A stretch of DNA of 64,000 bases, taken from positions 372,001 through 436,000 of the forward strand of contig JAHLTZ010000006.1 in NCBI GenBank assembly GCA_025786725.1, written 5' to 3'. Below, one piece after another: positions 26,577-39,675 of the stretch (the first letter of the stretch is position 1; each line of letters opens with the position of its first letter). The notes under the pieces were generated by a model. That model made no database searches. It was given only the letters and a program-made list of their open reading frames with translations, and was not told where the DNA came from. Source of the DNA: Syncephalis fuscata S228 (Eukaryota > Fungi > Zoopagomycota). The position numbers and the translations under genes are program-made.

Positions 26577-27023
26577 TTGGACTAATGTCCTTTTTTGTTT
26601 TATTTCTCTATTTCTATTCTATATATTGTATCATTGTATACACTGCTATATCGTTGCAGTTAATAATTATTGTTATTACTAGTATTAGTGTTAGTAATAT
26701 TAAATATATTAAATTCAATTAAAAAACTTGGCTGTCCATGTGACTAATATCACTTTTGCGTTGATTTGTTGTAACCATTTTCCTACAATCTTCTCATCAT
26801 ATGTCATGGCTTGTAAAATCAGTATATGGCAACATTTGGAAGTGAATGGTGTGACAGCAATAAAGACTATTAAAACTATAAATCTATTATAGTTTAAGTT
26901 TACATTAGTGTATTGGTTTAACTAAATAAAATATAATGTATTGTTATTTAATTAATCATCTGCTATTGTTATTAATAAGCTACTTTTTAATTAATACTTG
27001 TATACTATCATAAATTAGGACGA

Positions 27024-27682
27024 ACTGTACTTTGACTTTCACACTTGTCCCCAACGCAAAATTCATTCCAATTGAAGTCGCACTGTTATGCGCAACAAAA
27101 CATAATTGTATTACTTTATATTAAAATACTGTTAATAAATTGATTTAAATAAATAATGTAATATACTATTTGATTTATTTGAAACATTTAAGGTCAGTTA
27201 TTATTGTTGTTGGTCATGCGTAGAAAAATTGATCGAATATTAATAGAAGCCATATAATCATGGTTTCATATCGTTCCTTATTACTTCTGCTGCCTGTTTG
27301 TCATACTGCACATCAAACTGTTATATGGTCTATTTCTTTTCTATCTTGTTTCTGTTTACTTGAACCACACTTGTATATTATAATAATTGTATTTAATAAT
27401 TGCAATTATTTATTCTTTTTGTGCTTGTAGACCATTTCAACAAAGATATTTAACAATTTAGTGTAAAAAGCCTTTTATTTTATTAAATGCTATTTTAACT
27501 TCAACTAATACTGCAATGTGCATATTTAATTACATTATTGTATTGATAATTACATATAAATTAATTAATGCTCGATGCAATACTATACATGTTATAGTGA
27601 TGAGTGAGTGTTTAATTGTATTTAAAAGTGTTGAGGGGTGAGATAAATAAATAAAAATGTGAGAGTCAAAGTACAGTAGCTT
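27024..27682 (+). mobile_element. Full-length ~655-bp non-autonomous TIR element (MITE-like), copy B
   Basis: Starts ACTGTACTTTGACTTTCACA (27024) and ends TGTGAGAGTCAAAGTACAGT-AGCTT: 20-bp inverted repeat with 1 mismatch; AT-rich, no ORF; related copies at 17901 and 48572. Confidence 0.85.
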
Positions 27683-28719
27683 CATCAAATTAACCAATTA
27701 AATATCACTCAGTAGTATAGATACTAAAAACTTGTTTATTAATATTATGCATGGACATCTATAAGTGTGTATTCTGTTGATATACTGGGTGTTACAATAA
27801 AATAGCCATTTATCCACCTTGTATCTACCTATACTATTAAAAAAAAGTTAAATAACTACTGTTGTAATAAGCATCTGCTATACACAAACTAATACACTAA
27901 CTGACACTTGTATCGTTACTCAAGGTATCAGTTTATACATATACATATATATATATATAAATATGGAAACAATGATATTATATGATAAAAATCCATAATG
28001 CCTATTTTTAGTTTTATCACACAAAATCAAATGTTCACTTAAATTGAGTAATTAACGTTTATATTGGCTATATCGGAAGGAAAATACTCGGCTCGGTCTT
28101 TTATTTCTAATAAGCGGCCTTTGAAATTATTAATACACTTCCCAATGGATAGCCAAAATACGTAGACCGACCATTCTACACCGATAGTTGTACCATCTCC
28201 GCCTGTTTTTTTACTATCATTATCGCTATGATGTGATGTGTAGATAGGTAGGTGTGACTCGTACGACCTTTGAGGTCTATTTTTACTTGTTTCTCTTCCT
28301 TTGGCTGCATATTCAATCCAATAGTAGCCGCCTAGGCTGCATGGCCGTTATTGGCCGTTGGAACGCAGCTATCAGCCTCCCATCCTTTACCATTGGACTT
28401 TACACACTATAGTAATGGCAATAATAGGGAGGTGTACTGTTGTAGGGTGAAATTGTGCGTGCACGCGCATTTAACACTATCTAAAACTATAACACCAACT
28501 TTATTGTAGTCTTTAGCAAGCTAGTTTTACTGACTGGCGAGTAATCATCGTAACTAGTCTAATTACAACACAGTATTAAATTGGATTTGCTTAAAAGTTG
28601 TTAAAAGATTTCCGTTTACGCTCTACAATTCGATTGCATTTCCGCATCTGTCGCACTATTTTCGCCCTTGCACGTAGGACTCCGCCTTTTTCTCTTTGCC
28701 CTTTTATTTATCCTAGCCT

Positions 28720-28775
28720 ACTCGCTCTCGCTCTCGCTCTCTCTTCTCGCTTGCTTTCTCTCGCTCGCTCTCTAT
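28720..28775 (+). promoter_or_regulatory. Pyrimidine-rich (CTCG/CT) tract upstream of the chitin synthase, likely promoter/5'UTR
   Basis: ctcgctctcgctctcgctctctcttctcgc... ~650 bp before ATG 29422; probable 5'UTR intron gtaagt(29324)...tttag(~29395). Confidence 0.4.
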
Positions 28776-29421
28776 TATATTAACCTATTATTACCCCCTT
28801 GTTTAGTACGTGTGCGTGGGTTAGGTGTACGCGTGTACGTTTGTGTTTTTGTGTGTGTGTGCTTGCTTATTCTCGCCTTGCATTGATAGCCACACCTACA
28901 TCATCATCATCACCGTCACTATCAGCAATACTCTGACGTTATAGCACTTGGCTTTCTACATAGACGCACGCGCACACACCTTTTGACCTATTAGTTTATG
29001 TGTGAATGTGTATGTGTATGAGCTATTGATACTAGGAATATATTTTTGAGAAGCATTCATAATTGCACTGTCTAGTCCGAGACTCTGTGGCAGATTCTCA
29101 TCTGACTGCATTATTTAACACTCCATCAAACAAACAACATTTTTCATTAGTTTACTTGGTTCGAGTAAACTTCAAACGTTAGCTAGCATTGCTTTGGGTG
29201 CGGACGTTGTACTAGCGGGTTTTTTGCGACGACGCACACATTATCAGCTTAAACATCCCTTTTTTAACTCATTTCGCAATTAGCCATTCTATTTGCACAA
29301 TTTGACTAGCATTTACTTTATTGTAAGTATAAATTGCGTAAAAATAGTCAATATCATTAATTAATGATTAATTAATGTTTATTTTAATTATTTAGATTAC
29401 TAGCACATTTTTTTCTACACT

Positions 29422-32400
29422 ATGGCTTCATCCAATAGCCATAGTCGACATCCCTCAGTAGAGGATCGAGAAGATTTGGTGCAGATACCGGCCGAGTCTT
29501 TAAACGATGACTCTGTAGCTGAATGTCTACGCACTAGGCATGGCCGCGAACAGCCTTACACTAACTGCGGGTCCAGCACATTGACTGTTGTTAATCCAGG
29601 CCGTTATATTTCAATTATGGGCGATGAAACAGCTAAACAATACGCTAGACAATACCGTGATGTAGAGTCTGCAGATCAAACTGAACTTTCTCCCCATGTA
29701 TTTGGATTGGCAACAAAGATCTACATGAATTTACGTAGATTAGGACAGGATCAAGGTATTATTTTTGGGTAAGTGGATTACGGGGGAAGTGGTAAAATAA
29801 AAATATAATTAGAATATGTGCTAATAATAGATATTTATTATTATAGTGGTATTGCCGGCAGTGGTAAAACAGAAAGTCATAAGGCTTTAGTGCGTCAGCT
29901 ATGTCTTTTGGCCGCTCATTCAAAGAAGGATGCCAAGATGCACGCGCAAGTTCAACAGGCTCAGCATGTTCTTGAAGCCTTTGGCAATACACGCAGTGTC
30001 AATAATCCAAATGCCTCTCGTTATGGTCTATTTGAAGAACTGCAATTTAATGAACGTGGCCGTGTTGTCGGCGCCAAATTCCTTACATTTGGCTTTGAAA
30101 AGACACGTGTTGTTGCAACCAATTCACAAGAACGTAGCTTCCATGCCTTTTACTATTTGTTGGCTGGAGCCAGCAGCGAAGAACGTCAACGCTGGCAGCT
30201 GCGTGATATTACATCATATGCATACCTACGTGGAAGAGCTACACAAATACCTGGTGTAGATGATACACTAAAGTATCAAGAAGTTACCGAAGCTATGCGT
30301 GTGTGTGGTATCAAAAGCCGTGCTCGCGATCAAATATTCCAATTACTATCAGCAATTCTGCATCTTGGTGAACTCGAATTTGATGAAGGCGAGTTGCCTG
30401 ATGATGCGTGTACGATACGCAATCATGACCAATTAGAAGTTGTTGCCACATTACTTGGTGTAACAACTGCAGCACTTGAAACAGCTTTAACACACCAAAC
30501 AAAACAAGTTCGTGGTGATGTGTGCACCGTATTGCTGAATCCCGAGTCAGCACGCCAACATCGAGATGGATTTGCTTGTGCACTTTATTCCTTGCTATTC
30601 ACATGGCTTGTTGAATGTCTTAATCAAAAGCTATGTCATGAAGAAGAGACTGTTAATATTGTTGCATTACTCGATCCACAAGGCTTCCGTACTAGTTCTG
30701 ATAGCTCTAATAACAGCAAAGGAGCAGCTACAGCCGACTTTGAAACATTTTTAACCAATTTTGCAGCTGAACGTGTACAAGCTTATGCATCACGTCGAGC
30801 ATTTGAAGGTCCAGTAGATGCTGAAATTCGTGCTGATGGCCTACAAGTCCCTCGTGTTATGTGTGCAGATAATGCCGCTTGTGTCGAGCTATTGCGCGGC
30901 AGTTCAACCAAAGAACAGTCGATTATTACTACACTCGATATCGAGTCGGCTAAATCTGAAAGCCGTCGTTCTGAAGGCCAGTTAGTTGCTCAATTAAAGA
31001 AGTTATTTTCTTCGCATGGTAACTTTGCTCGTCCATCAGTCGATGGTGCATGGTCTATTATGCATTATGTTGGCCAAGTCACCTATAGTGACGATGATAT
31101 TCTTAGCAAGAACTTGGATATTCTATCGCCAGACTTAGTTAATGTATGTCGTAGCTCAAAGTCGCCATTCATCTCTGAACTTTTTAGTTCAATGGCCGTT
31201 GCTACTGAGGCCAATCCACGTGACTCTCGTGCTATTGTAGCTGCACAGCAGTCGGCTAAACCAATGCGAGCTCCATCCCGTCGTGTAAAGCGTGCAGCTA
31301 CTCGTAAAGGCGGCGATGCAGCAGCTGAAGCTGATGCAGCTGACGACTTTAAGCCAGCCAGCGATGGAAAGAACGGTGTTGCACGTCAAATGGATTCGGC
31401 ACTTGAAGAGCTGTTCATTACTATGGATGAATGTCGTGTATGGACTGCATATCACATCCGTCCAAGTGAAGCTGACATGATTTCAACTGGCGCTGCTCCG
31501 TCATTCGACGTCAAGAAAGTTCGTGCTCAAGCACGCGCTATGTTAATTCCAGAATTGGCACGCCAACGTCAAACAGCACCAGATATGACAATATCTTTTC
31601 CACACGATGAATTTTTACAACGTTTTGACTCGCTGTTGCGTTTATTCCAATTGGATGCCAGTCGTTCACCACGTGAAAAGATTGGTGCATTAGCCATGAT
31701 TAAAGGGTGGTCAGAAGCTGACGCATTGGTTGGTGAACAACGCGTATTTTTGCGTGAAAATATCTGGAAACAGTTTGAAGATGCACTACGACAAGCTGAA
31801 AAAGGTGAACGTGCAGCACGTAAAGACCAAAATACAGATGAAGTCGAATCTAATGATTTGGCGCCGCCAAGAGCACCAATGCTACAACAGCACAATATGG
31901 CACCCGCTTCAGACCGTGGATCTATGGCCATGCCAGCACCTTATGCGTCATCATACGCCGGCGATAGTCAAAGTGTTATATTTAACGATGATGAGTATCT
32001 TCAAGTTCGTAATCATCCCAGCGCATACCCAGGTAGCTACAATGGCACTAGCGGTCCTTCAAGTTACTATGGTGGTGGCAATATGACTGCACAAAGTCTT
32101 TCGCCTGGTCATCAATACGATGACGATTCAGTATCGCTTTATGAATCGGTATATCATGGTGCACGCAGCCAAGCAATGAGCCAAGGCAACCATTTACAAA
32201 ATATGTGGGGCGAAAACGAAGAGACGCCACTGACCGAGCAAAAGAAAGTACCACAGTATGAAAATGCACAGTATGATCCGCCTGAGGATGAAGAAGAAGA
32301 TGAAGTGTCACGTCAACGTCGCTGTTGGGTCTGCTGTACTTGGGGACTTACTTGGTGGATTCCTGAGTTCTGTATTCGAATCTGCGGTCGAATGAAGCGT

Positions 32401-35400
32401 GAAGATATTCGTATGGCCTGGCGTGAAAAGGTCGCTATTTGCATTATCATTTTCCTGATGTGCGCTACTGCTATTTGCTTCATTCTTTTACTACCAAAAT
32501 TACTTTGTCCAACGACATATTTGTTTACAACTGATGAGCTTAGTCATTACCAAGGTACTGATGCCATTTATATGGCTGTACGTGGCGAAATTTACGACAC
32601 AACTACATTTGCCAAGTCTGGTCATGGCGTGAGTAATCGTCCTGTAACTCTTGATAACATGCTCGACTACGCTGGCAAGGATGTGACGCGTTTATTTCCT
32701 ATTCCATTAACTGTAGCTTGTGCCGGTCTTGTCACTAACAAAGATGTGACGGTAAAAGGCGCTGTTGAAGATGAAGTGGAAGTAGATCCAGTTGCTGTAC
32801 ACGCGTCATCTAATCCACTCGCCGCCGGATCTAATGTGCGACTAAGTGAACCTAGTTGGTTTAAAGATGTATTTATTCCAAGAATGAAACGAACCAGAAA
32901 AGGAGCTGTGGCCTATAGCCGTAAAGAAGTAAAGGATTTGGGCCAGAAGGGTACAAAACGCTGGTCTATTATTGGCGACGAAGTATTCGATCTAACTCCC
33001 TATTATCGTACTGTCAATCGTAGTGATGTTACTGCATCGCCGAAGAAAAGCGATTGGGAGTACTTTAAGGGAATAGATACTCTTTTCATCGACTATGCTG
33101 GTGAAGATAATACAAGCAGATTTAAAGGAATCAAACCAGCCAGCTCCCAAGCACCGACACTTGCCTGTTTACGTAATATGTTCAGAATTGGTGTTGTTGA
33201 TGTTCGTAAAGAATTGAGCTGTTTATTAGCCGATTATCTTCTATTGGCCACTGCTTGCTTTTTAGGATTGGTTATTTTGGCCAAGTTCTTGGCTGCATTG
33301 CAATTAGGAACACGTCGAAATCCTGAAGATCATGACAAATTTGTCATTTGTCAGGTGCCGTGTTATACTGAAGGTGAAGATTCACTACAACGGGCATTTG
33401 AATCATTGGCTATTCTTAATTACGACGACAAGCGTAAACTGATCTTTGTTATTGCTGATGGTATGATTGTTGGCAGTGGTAATGACCGGCCAACACCACG
33501 TATTGTACTTGATTTACTTGGTGTTGATCCAAAATATAACCCGGATCCATTGCCATTTAGAAGTATTGGTGAAGGTGCAAATCAGCTTAATTACGGCAAA
33601 GTCTACTCTGGTCTATATGAACATGAAGGACATGTTGTACCGTATTTAGTTGTCGTTAAAGTTGGTCGTCCCACTGAACGTAACCGTCCTGGTAATCGTG
33701 GTAAACGTGACTCGCAAATCATTCTAATGCGTTTCCTCAATCGTGTTCATTTCGATCGAGCAATGTCGCCACTTGAACTTGAAGTATTCCATCAGCTAAA
33801 GAATGTTATTGGTGTACATCCAAGCTTCTACGAATACGTTCTTATGGTGGATGCCGATACACAAGTATCTACACAATCATTGAATCGACTCATTTCGTGT
33901 ATGTTGCACGACCAGCGTGTTATGGGTATTTGCGGTGAAACACGCCTGGCTAATGAAGATCTTACTTGGGCCACTATGATTCAAGTATACGAATACTACA
34001 TTTCGCATCATATGGCCAAGGCATTTGAATCGCTATTTGGTTCAGTTACTTGTTTGCCTGGTTGTTTCTGTATGTACCGAGTACGTACACCAGTTAAAAA
34101 TCGACCACTTATTATTGCCGATGATATTGTTAACGCGTACAGCGAGACGCATGTTGATACTTTACATAAGAAGAATTTGCTATCACTTGGTGAAGATCGT
34201 TATTTAACAACACTAATGTTAAAGCATTTCCCGCAATATAAGATGACATTTACACCAGATGCTACTTGTGAAACGGCTGCACCGGAGAAATGGTCCATTC
34301 TACTTTCACAACGTCGTCGTTGGATTAATTCAACTATTCACAATCTAGTTGAATTGCTATTCTTGCAAGATCTGTGCGGTTTTTGCTGCTTCTCTATGCG
34401 ATTTGTTGTTATGATCGATTTGCTTGGTACAATTACTATGCCTGCCACCTTGGTTTACATTGGCTATTTGATTTATATGGTGGCCGATGCTAAAGCTGAA
34501 GGCCGTCCACTTAATATCAGCTGGGTATCATTAGCCATTCTTGGTGCAGTCTATGGTCTACAAGCAGTTATTTTCATTTTGAAACGTCAATGGCAACACG
34601 TAGGCTGGATGATCATTTATTTGTTGGCTATGCCAATATTTGGTTTTATGCTTCCTCTTTATTCATTCTGGCATTTCGATGACTTTTCATGGGGTAATAC
34701 GCGTGTTGTTGTCGGTGAAAATAAGAAGAAGAAGGTTATTGTCGTTGGAGAAGAAGAGAAGTTTGATCCACGCGATATTCCACTGATTACTTGGGCTCAA
34801 TACGAACAAGAGATGTGGGAAAAGGGCACCACTGGATCACAAGGTTCGCAATTAACAAGTATTAGTCGACGCAGCCACAGCCACAGCCGTGGGCCAGGTT
34901 CAGTTGTTGCCGAATCAGTTGCCGGTTCGCAGTATGGCGGTAGCCAACGAGGCGGATTTGGAACATTAAATGTTCCAGGTAGCAATGATTATCGTCATTC
35001 ACAAGGATATAGTGTGGCCAATGGATCAGTATTTGCTGGCGGTAACACAGCTGGCTCTGCTTACATGCCACCCGATCCAAATCGCTCTATGGCTAGCAAC
35101 TATGGGGCTGGTCCAGCTCGTAGTGAATATGATCCATCAATGGCATTTGGCCCATCGGCTACCATGAACGATAATGGCATGCCACGCTACAGCATGATAA
35201 GTAATGCGCAATCAGTTGGTCCACAATATGTAGCTGGTGGGGTACCAGGTGGCATGGGTGTTGGCCAGCCAAGCGACGATCAATTGCTGGCAGAAATACG
35301 TCAAATCCTCTCAACTAGCGATTTGATGACCATTACTAAGAAGCAAGTACGCGAACAACTTAGTCAGATGCATGGTATCGATTTAACACCGCGCAAAGAG

Positions 35401-35445
35401 TTCATCAATAATACAATCGACATGGTGCTACAAGGCCGGCTCTAA
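29422..35445 (+). CDS. Myosin-motor-domain chitin synthase (class V-type) with cytochrome b5-like and C-terminal DEK_C domains; one coding intron ~29769-29846
   Basis: P-loop GIAGSGKT, LEAFGN...NPNASRYG; AWREK; VPCYTEG, GNRGKRDSQ, LGEDRYL, SQRRRWINST, DDFSWGNTR; terminal DLMTITKKQVR. Confidence 0.97.
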
Positions 35446-35854
35446 CGTATCTGCCTATGAGACAATCGATTGAAACACCATCTTTCGTGACTAGCTAGCT
35501 TTGTCGCTGAATTGATGCTATTTCTTTGTTTTCTTCATGTTCCTTGCGCTACTTTATTGCCCGTATAGGGTAGTTATTCCAATTTTCATATATTAATACA
35601 AGTAGTCTTCGTTTTATCATTAATCAGAATTATGATCTTCCTACAATCCTTTGTTATGTAATGTACAGAGCTATTGCTTGTTCTGCCTTGAATGATTACA
35701 AGTGCATCTTGGCACTAAATGTCGATCGTTGTTCTCCTTGAACAATAGAATAATGAAATAAGAGTATTTGTTTTGTATAAATAGCAGCGTTAAAGTCATA
35801 TTATTTCCAGTATCAAACATTCATCAGCTGCTTTATTCAATTTAAACTATTACC

Positions 35855-36073
35855 ATGTCTATTAAGCGTGTTATCATCTGCATCGCCTTTATGGCCGTGG
35901 CTGTCAATGCCGTAGCGTTGAAGCGTCGCGATGTTGAAGAACCATGGCTAGAGAACGGACTCGAGGAAGGAAAGCACTGTGGTGCCGGACTTAACTGCCA
36001 GCTTGGCTTATTCTGTTTGCCAGACGACGACGAGCCTACCATTTATACTTGTCAAGAAAATCCAAACTTTTAA
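35855..36073 (+). CDS. Small secreted cysteine-rich peptide (72 aa), effector/toxin candidate
   Basis: Hydrophobic signal, KRR dibasic site, four Cys in the mature part; ACCATG start context; TATAAAT ~80 bp upstream; AATAAA just downstream. Confidence 0.7.
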   Translation: MSIKRVIICIAFMAVAVNAVALKRRDVEEPWLENGLEEGKHCGAGLNCQLGLFCLPDDDEPTIYTCQENPNF

Positions 36074-36426
36074 CCACTAGTAGATGGATTTAAGCAATTT
36101 AATGCAGAATAAACAATATCATTCTGCCGTTTAATTAATAGTGCAATTAATTGTATTTTTATAAATTAACAAGTAACTAATTAGCATAATATTAATAAGA
36201 TGCATAAGTAAAAAAAGTTGTTTTATTTAGCAGTGAAATCAAAATGTTCTACATACTTTCTTATCTTAAATAATATTGCTAAGTATCAGGTCAGCGTTAT
36301 TTAGTGTATTAAAGTAATGAGAAAAAGCAAATAATTTATATAAATATAGTAATAATAAATTGCAATTAACATTATTAGTTTATTCATTAGGTGTTGCAAT
36401 TAAATTCAAAAAGTAGCTATACCAAT

Positions 36427-37404
36427 TTAGGCATTAATGGGATAAAGATTTTGGAATCCGGGAACGTCGGCGTCCATACGACCCAGTGTACCAAGATCCC
36501 AATTGTCCTCAATAGTACGTAGAAGATCGTAATGGCTGTAGGGTGTGTCGTCAAGTTCATCAGCCTTAACACCACTGCCGATTAAGCCAGTCCAAACAAG
36601 ATTGTCTTTAAGTATATAATCATTCTCATCGAAAGTGACAACAACCAGTGTTTCACCATCGAGAAAATCTGCTCTTGCCATTTTTGGCTCTAGAAAGCCT
36701 TTAAGCCAGTCGGCCGCATAGTCGAGTGAGGTATCGTGGCCGTCATTGTTCATATCAGGAGTGTAGAAACTAAACTGTGGCAGCTTTCCGGCATCCAAGT
36801 CGGTTTGAAACTGATCACCTTCGACAATCCTGGCACATCGTTTGGGATTTTCGCGAATGTTATTTGCCGAAATAAACGGATTATGTTTACGACGGTAAAG
36901 GAGGTCTTTTGTTTTGCTGCCGGTAAAACAATTGCCCGGGTATTTCTCCATATATGCCTTCCATGAAACGTCCTTCGTCTCCAAAAGATCAACGATATTG
37001 GTATAAGGCAAGCTAAGGGGGAAACAGAGTAAGATGTCTATTAGTAAACAGTAGATAGATATGTAACAAGGAGTTATCGCTTACTCGACATCAAAACTCA
37101 TATTGGTGCCGTTTAATGAGCCAAAGATGGTGCCAATATAGTTTGGCTGCGATGGATGCGTTAGACCAGCGTAGTGCGTCATGACGCGGCCACGTTTACC
37201 AAGAGAAGCAAAGTATGGTTGCTTGGCTGCGGCAATAAAGTCTTTGTTTTCAAGCATAATGATAATAACACGGTTGAAATGCCGCCCTTGAACGAGAGTA
37301 GAGTTTGTTGTTAATCGGCGAGCAGTAGGACGTGCCTGGGTAACTGAAGACATAATGGCAAGTAAGCCGATAGCTGCCGTAGCTAACGAGGTAAGGAATC
37401 GCAT
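36427..37404 (-). CDS. Secreted acid phosphatase, phosphoesterase family, one intron
   Basis: Signal MRFLTSLATAA; IIMLEN, THPSQPNY, RKHNPF, NDGHDT, VTFDE, YSHYDLLRTIEDNWDLG. Confidence 0.92.
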
Positions 37405-38624
37405 ATTGGCGATCGGTGGTGATGCAATAAAGTAGAGTGTAAACGCAATACGTAAAAAAAAGTGTAATTCAGCCGCGTATTCGGTCGTTAAAATCAAAAA
37501 TGTTGTTGTTAATAGGTATCGCTTTAGTTGTGAAGGAAGATAATACGAATGGGTCTGGTTTGTAAACGATACTTGTCTTTATATTAAGCATCAAACAAAT
37601 TTGTGCGACATGTGTAACAACTAAATTAGGCATGAAACCTTGAGTTAATGATTAGGTTTTGGTTGTACAAGCCCATGGCATTATTCCTATTTTGTATTAT
37701 TTATATATTTATTTGCGTGTTTATGGAAAGAATGTGATAGTATTGTGCGAAGATAAAAAGCAAAAAAATAGAAACGTCACAAACAGCATGGTTGAACACC
37801 ATTGTATTACCATATTAATCATATTGCAATAGTTTGTAGGTATGGTAATTAACTGATCATTATTGTGCTGCAAACCCTAACGGTTACACAACATCGTGGC
37901 CAATACTATTAAACGCTTATCATTAATCTATTGTAATCCGTCTTTAAGCTTGAATAAATTAAGACTTTTATAGTAAACGATATAAATCACATTCCTATGG
38001 ATCACATATTTAATCAATACTTATGGTGTAATGATGAGCTTTATTTAACTAATGCATTATACTGATTGGTAAAAGAGACGCCATATATTGTTACAATATA
38101 TTAATGGTAGTAAGCAATAAAAAGCGTGAATAATAGTGAAAACTATTGTGCATATGTGTGTGTTTAATAAGCAAAAAATGATTTGCCCAAGTTGGATTTA
38201 TAATGAATACAAGTGACATTAAATAGATACTTGAATACTTGGCCAAACTAAAAAAATAATGTTAGAGTGGCTAATAGTTATTCATGTATTGACGCAGTTT
38301 AAACAATAAAATAAAGATTGAGAATAAAAAGAAAAATAATGTTTATTTGATAATAAATACGTGCGTATTTATATTGAAATACCGCGTAAATATTGAATAT
38401 AAATATGTGGTAGAATTTGCACATTCTTGTTTTCTTCCTTTGCATGCTGGTTATCAATTCATATGGTTAATCATATGAACTAAATAACAAGTTATTGCAA
38501 CAATCGCTTTATTATGAAATATAAACTGTATTTAAGAATATTATTTGCGTGTATGTTAATAATGCCATTGAACCATATGTGCTGATTAGACCATATAAAC
38601 AAATATTTATGCGTTAAATAGCTT

Positions 38625-38672
38625 ATCACGTGACTTGCAGATTATATTTATAAACTAAATTGATCACGTGAT
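38625..38672. promoter_or_regulatory. Pair of ATCACGTGA E-box (bHLH) motifs ~1.2 kb upstream of the acid phosphatase
   Basis: ATCACGTGA at 38625-38633 and ATCACGTGAT at 38663-38672 in very AT-rich DNA. Confidence 0.35.
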
Positions 38673-38716
38673 ATGCTTAGAATTATGAATATACTGTAAT
38701 TATAGGACAGCAACAA

Positions 38717-39476
38717 TATAACTTTACGTAAAATCAAACAAGCTGTGTGATATTTTGCACAAGTATTCATATAGCATATCGGTAGCTATTAGCAAAGTAT
38801 ACCGTTATTGCATTGTGTGATGATGTAGTAATTGTAGTAATACACTAATAAATGTACAAAATAGCAGTTTTTTACCGTTGATGACTTATATAGCTTAAAT
38901 ACAGCAAAATGAATGCCAGACTCGAGTTTTTTATGCTTAGTTGCAAGGAATGGTATAAAATATAGAACAAAAATATTTTTTAAAATATTAGTTAAAGTTG
39001 CAATTTATGTGTAAATAGTTAACGAAAAGTATACTTCATATTCTAAAGATAGTATGAAGATAAATTTAATCCAACTTAATTTGGCATTAAGCTCTATATA
39101 TTTATAGAGCTAATAACAAAAATACGATGCAAATTGCTTGTTCATATCTCTACATATAAAGTATACTTTTTCTAACTAATTTACACATAAATTGCAACTT
39201 TGACTAATATTTTTAAAAATATTTTTGTTCTATATTTTATACCATTCCTTGCAACTAAGCATAAAAACTCGAGTCTGCATTCATTTTGCTGTATTTAAGC
39301 TATATAAGTCATCAACGGTAAAAAACTGCTATTTTGTACATTTATTAGTGTATTACTACAATTACTACATCATCACACAATGCAATAACGGTATACTTTG
39401 CTAATAGCTACCGATATGCTATATGCATACTTGTGCAAAATATCACACAGCTTGTTTGATTTTACGTAAAGTTATA
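38717..39476. mobile_element. Foldback / long-TIR non-autonomous element (~320-bp arms, ~120-bp spacer)
   Basis: TATAACTTTACGTAAAATCAAACAAGC... at 38717 is the reverse complement of ...GCTTGTTTGATTTTACGTAAAGTTATA ending 39476; arms nearly identical; TA at both ends. Confidence 0.9.
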
Positions 39477-39519
39477 CGTAATTTTATTAATATTTTACTA
39501 ATTAAATTAAAAATAACGA

Positions 39520-39675
39520 GATTGCATTTTTGACTAACTTTTTTTGCAAAAACTTATGTTTTAAATTTTATACCATTCTTTACAGCTAAGCATGGCAAAC
39601 TCGAATTCAACAATTATTTTGGTGTATTTTAGTTATATAAGTTATAAACGGTAAAAAATGTTAATATTACATTTT
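39520..39675 (+). repeat. Degenerate extra copy of part of the foldback arm
   Basis: attttataccattctttacagctaagcat...ttatataagttataaacggtaaaaaa resembles 39190-39340. Confidence 0.7.

Noticed and set aside
29930-35167. Many short alternative-frame and antisense ORFs within the chitin synthase and other long genes
   Set aside because: Shadow ORFs of real coding sequence with no recognisable motifs
37872-37880. Telomeric or telomerase-template motif AAACCCTAA
   Set aside because: Single occurrence, expected by chance
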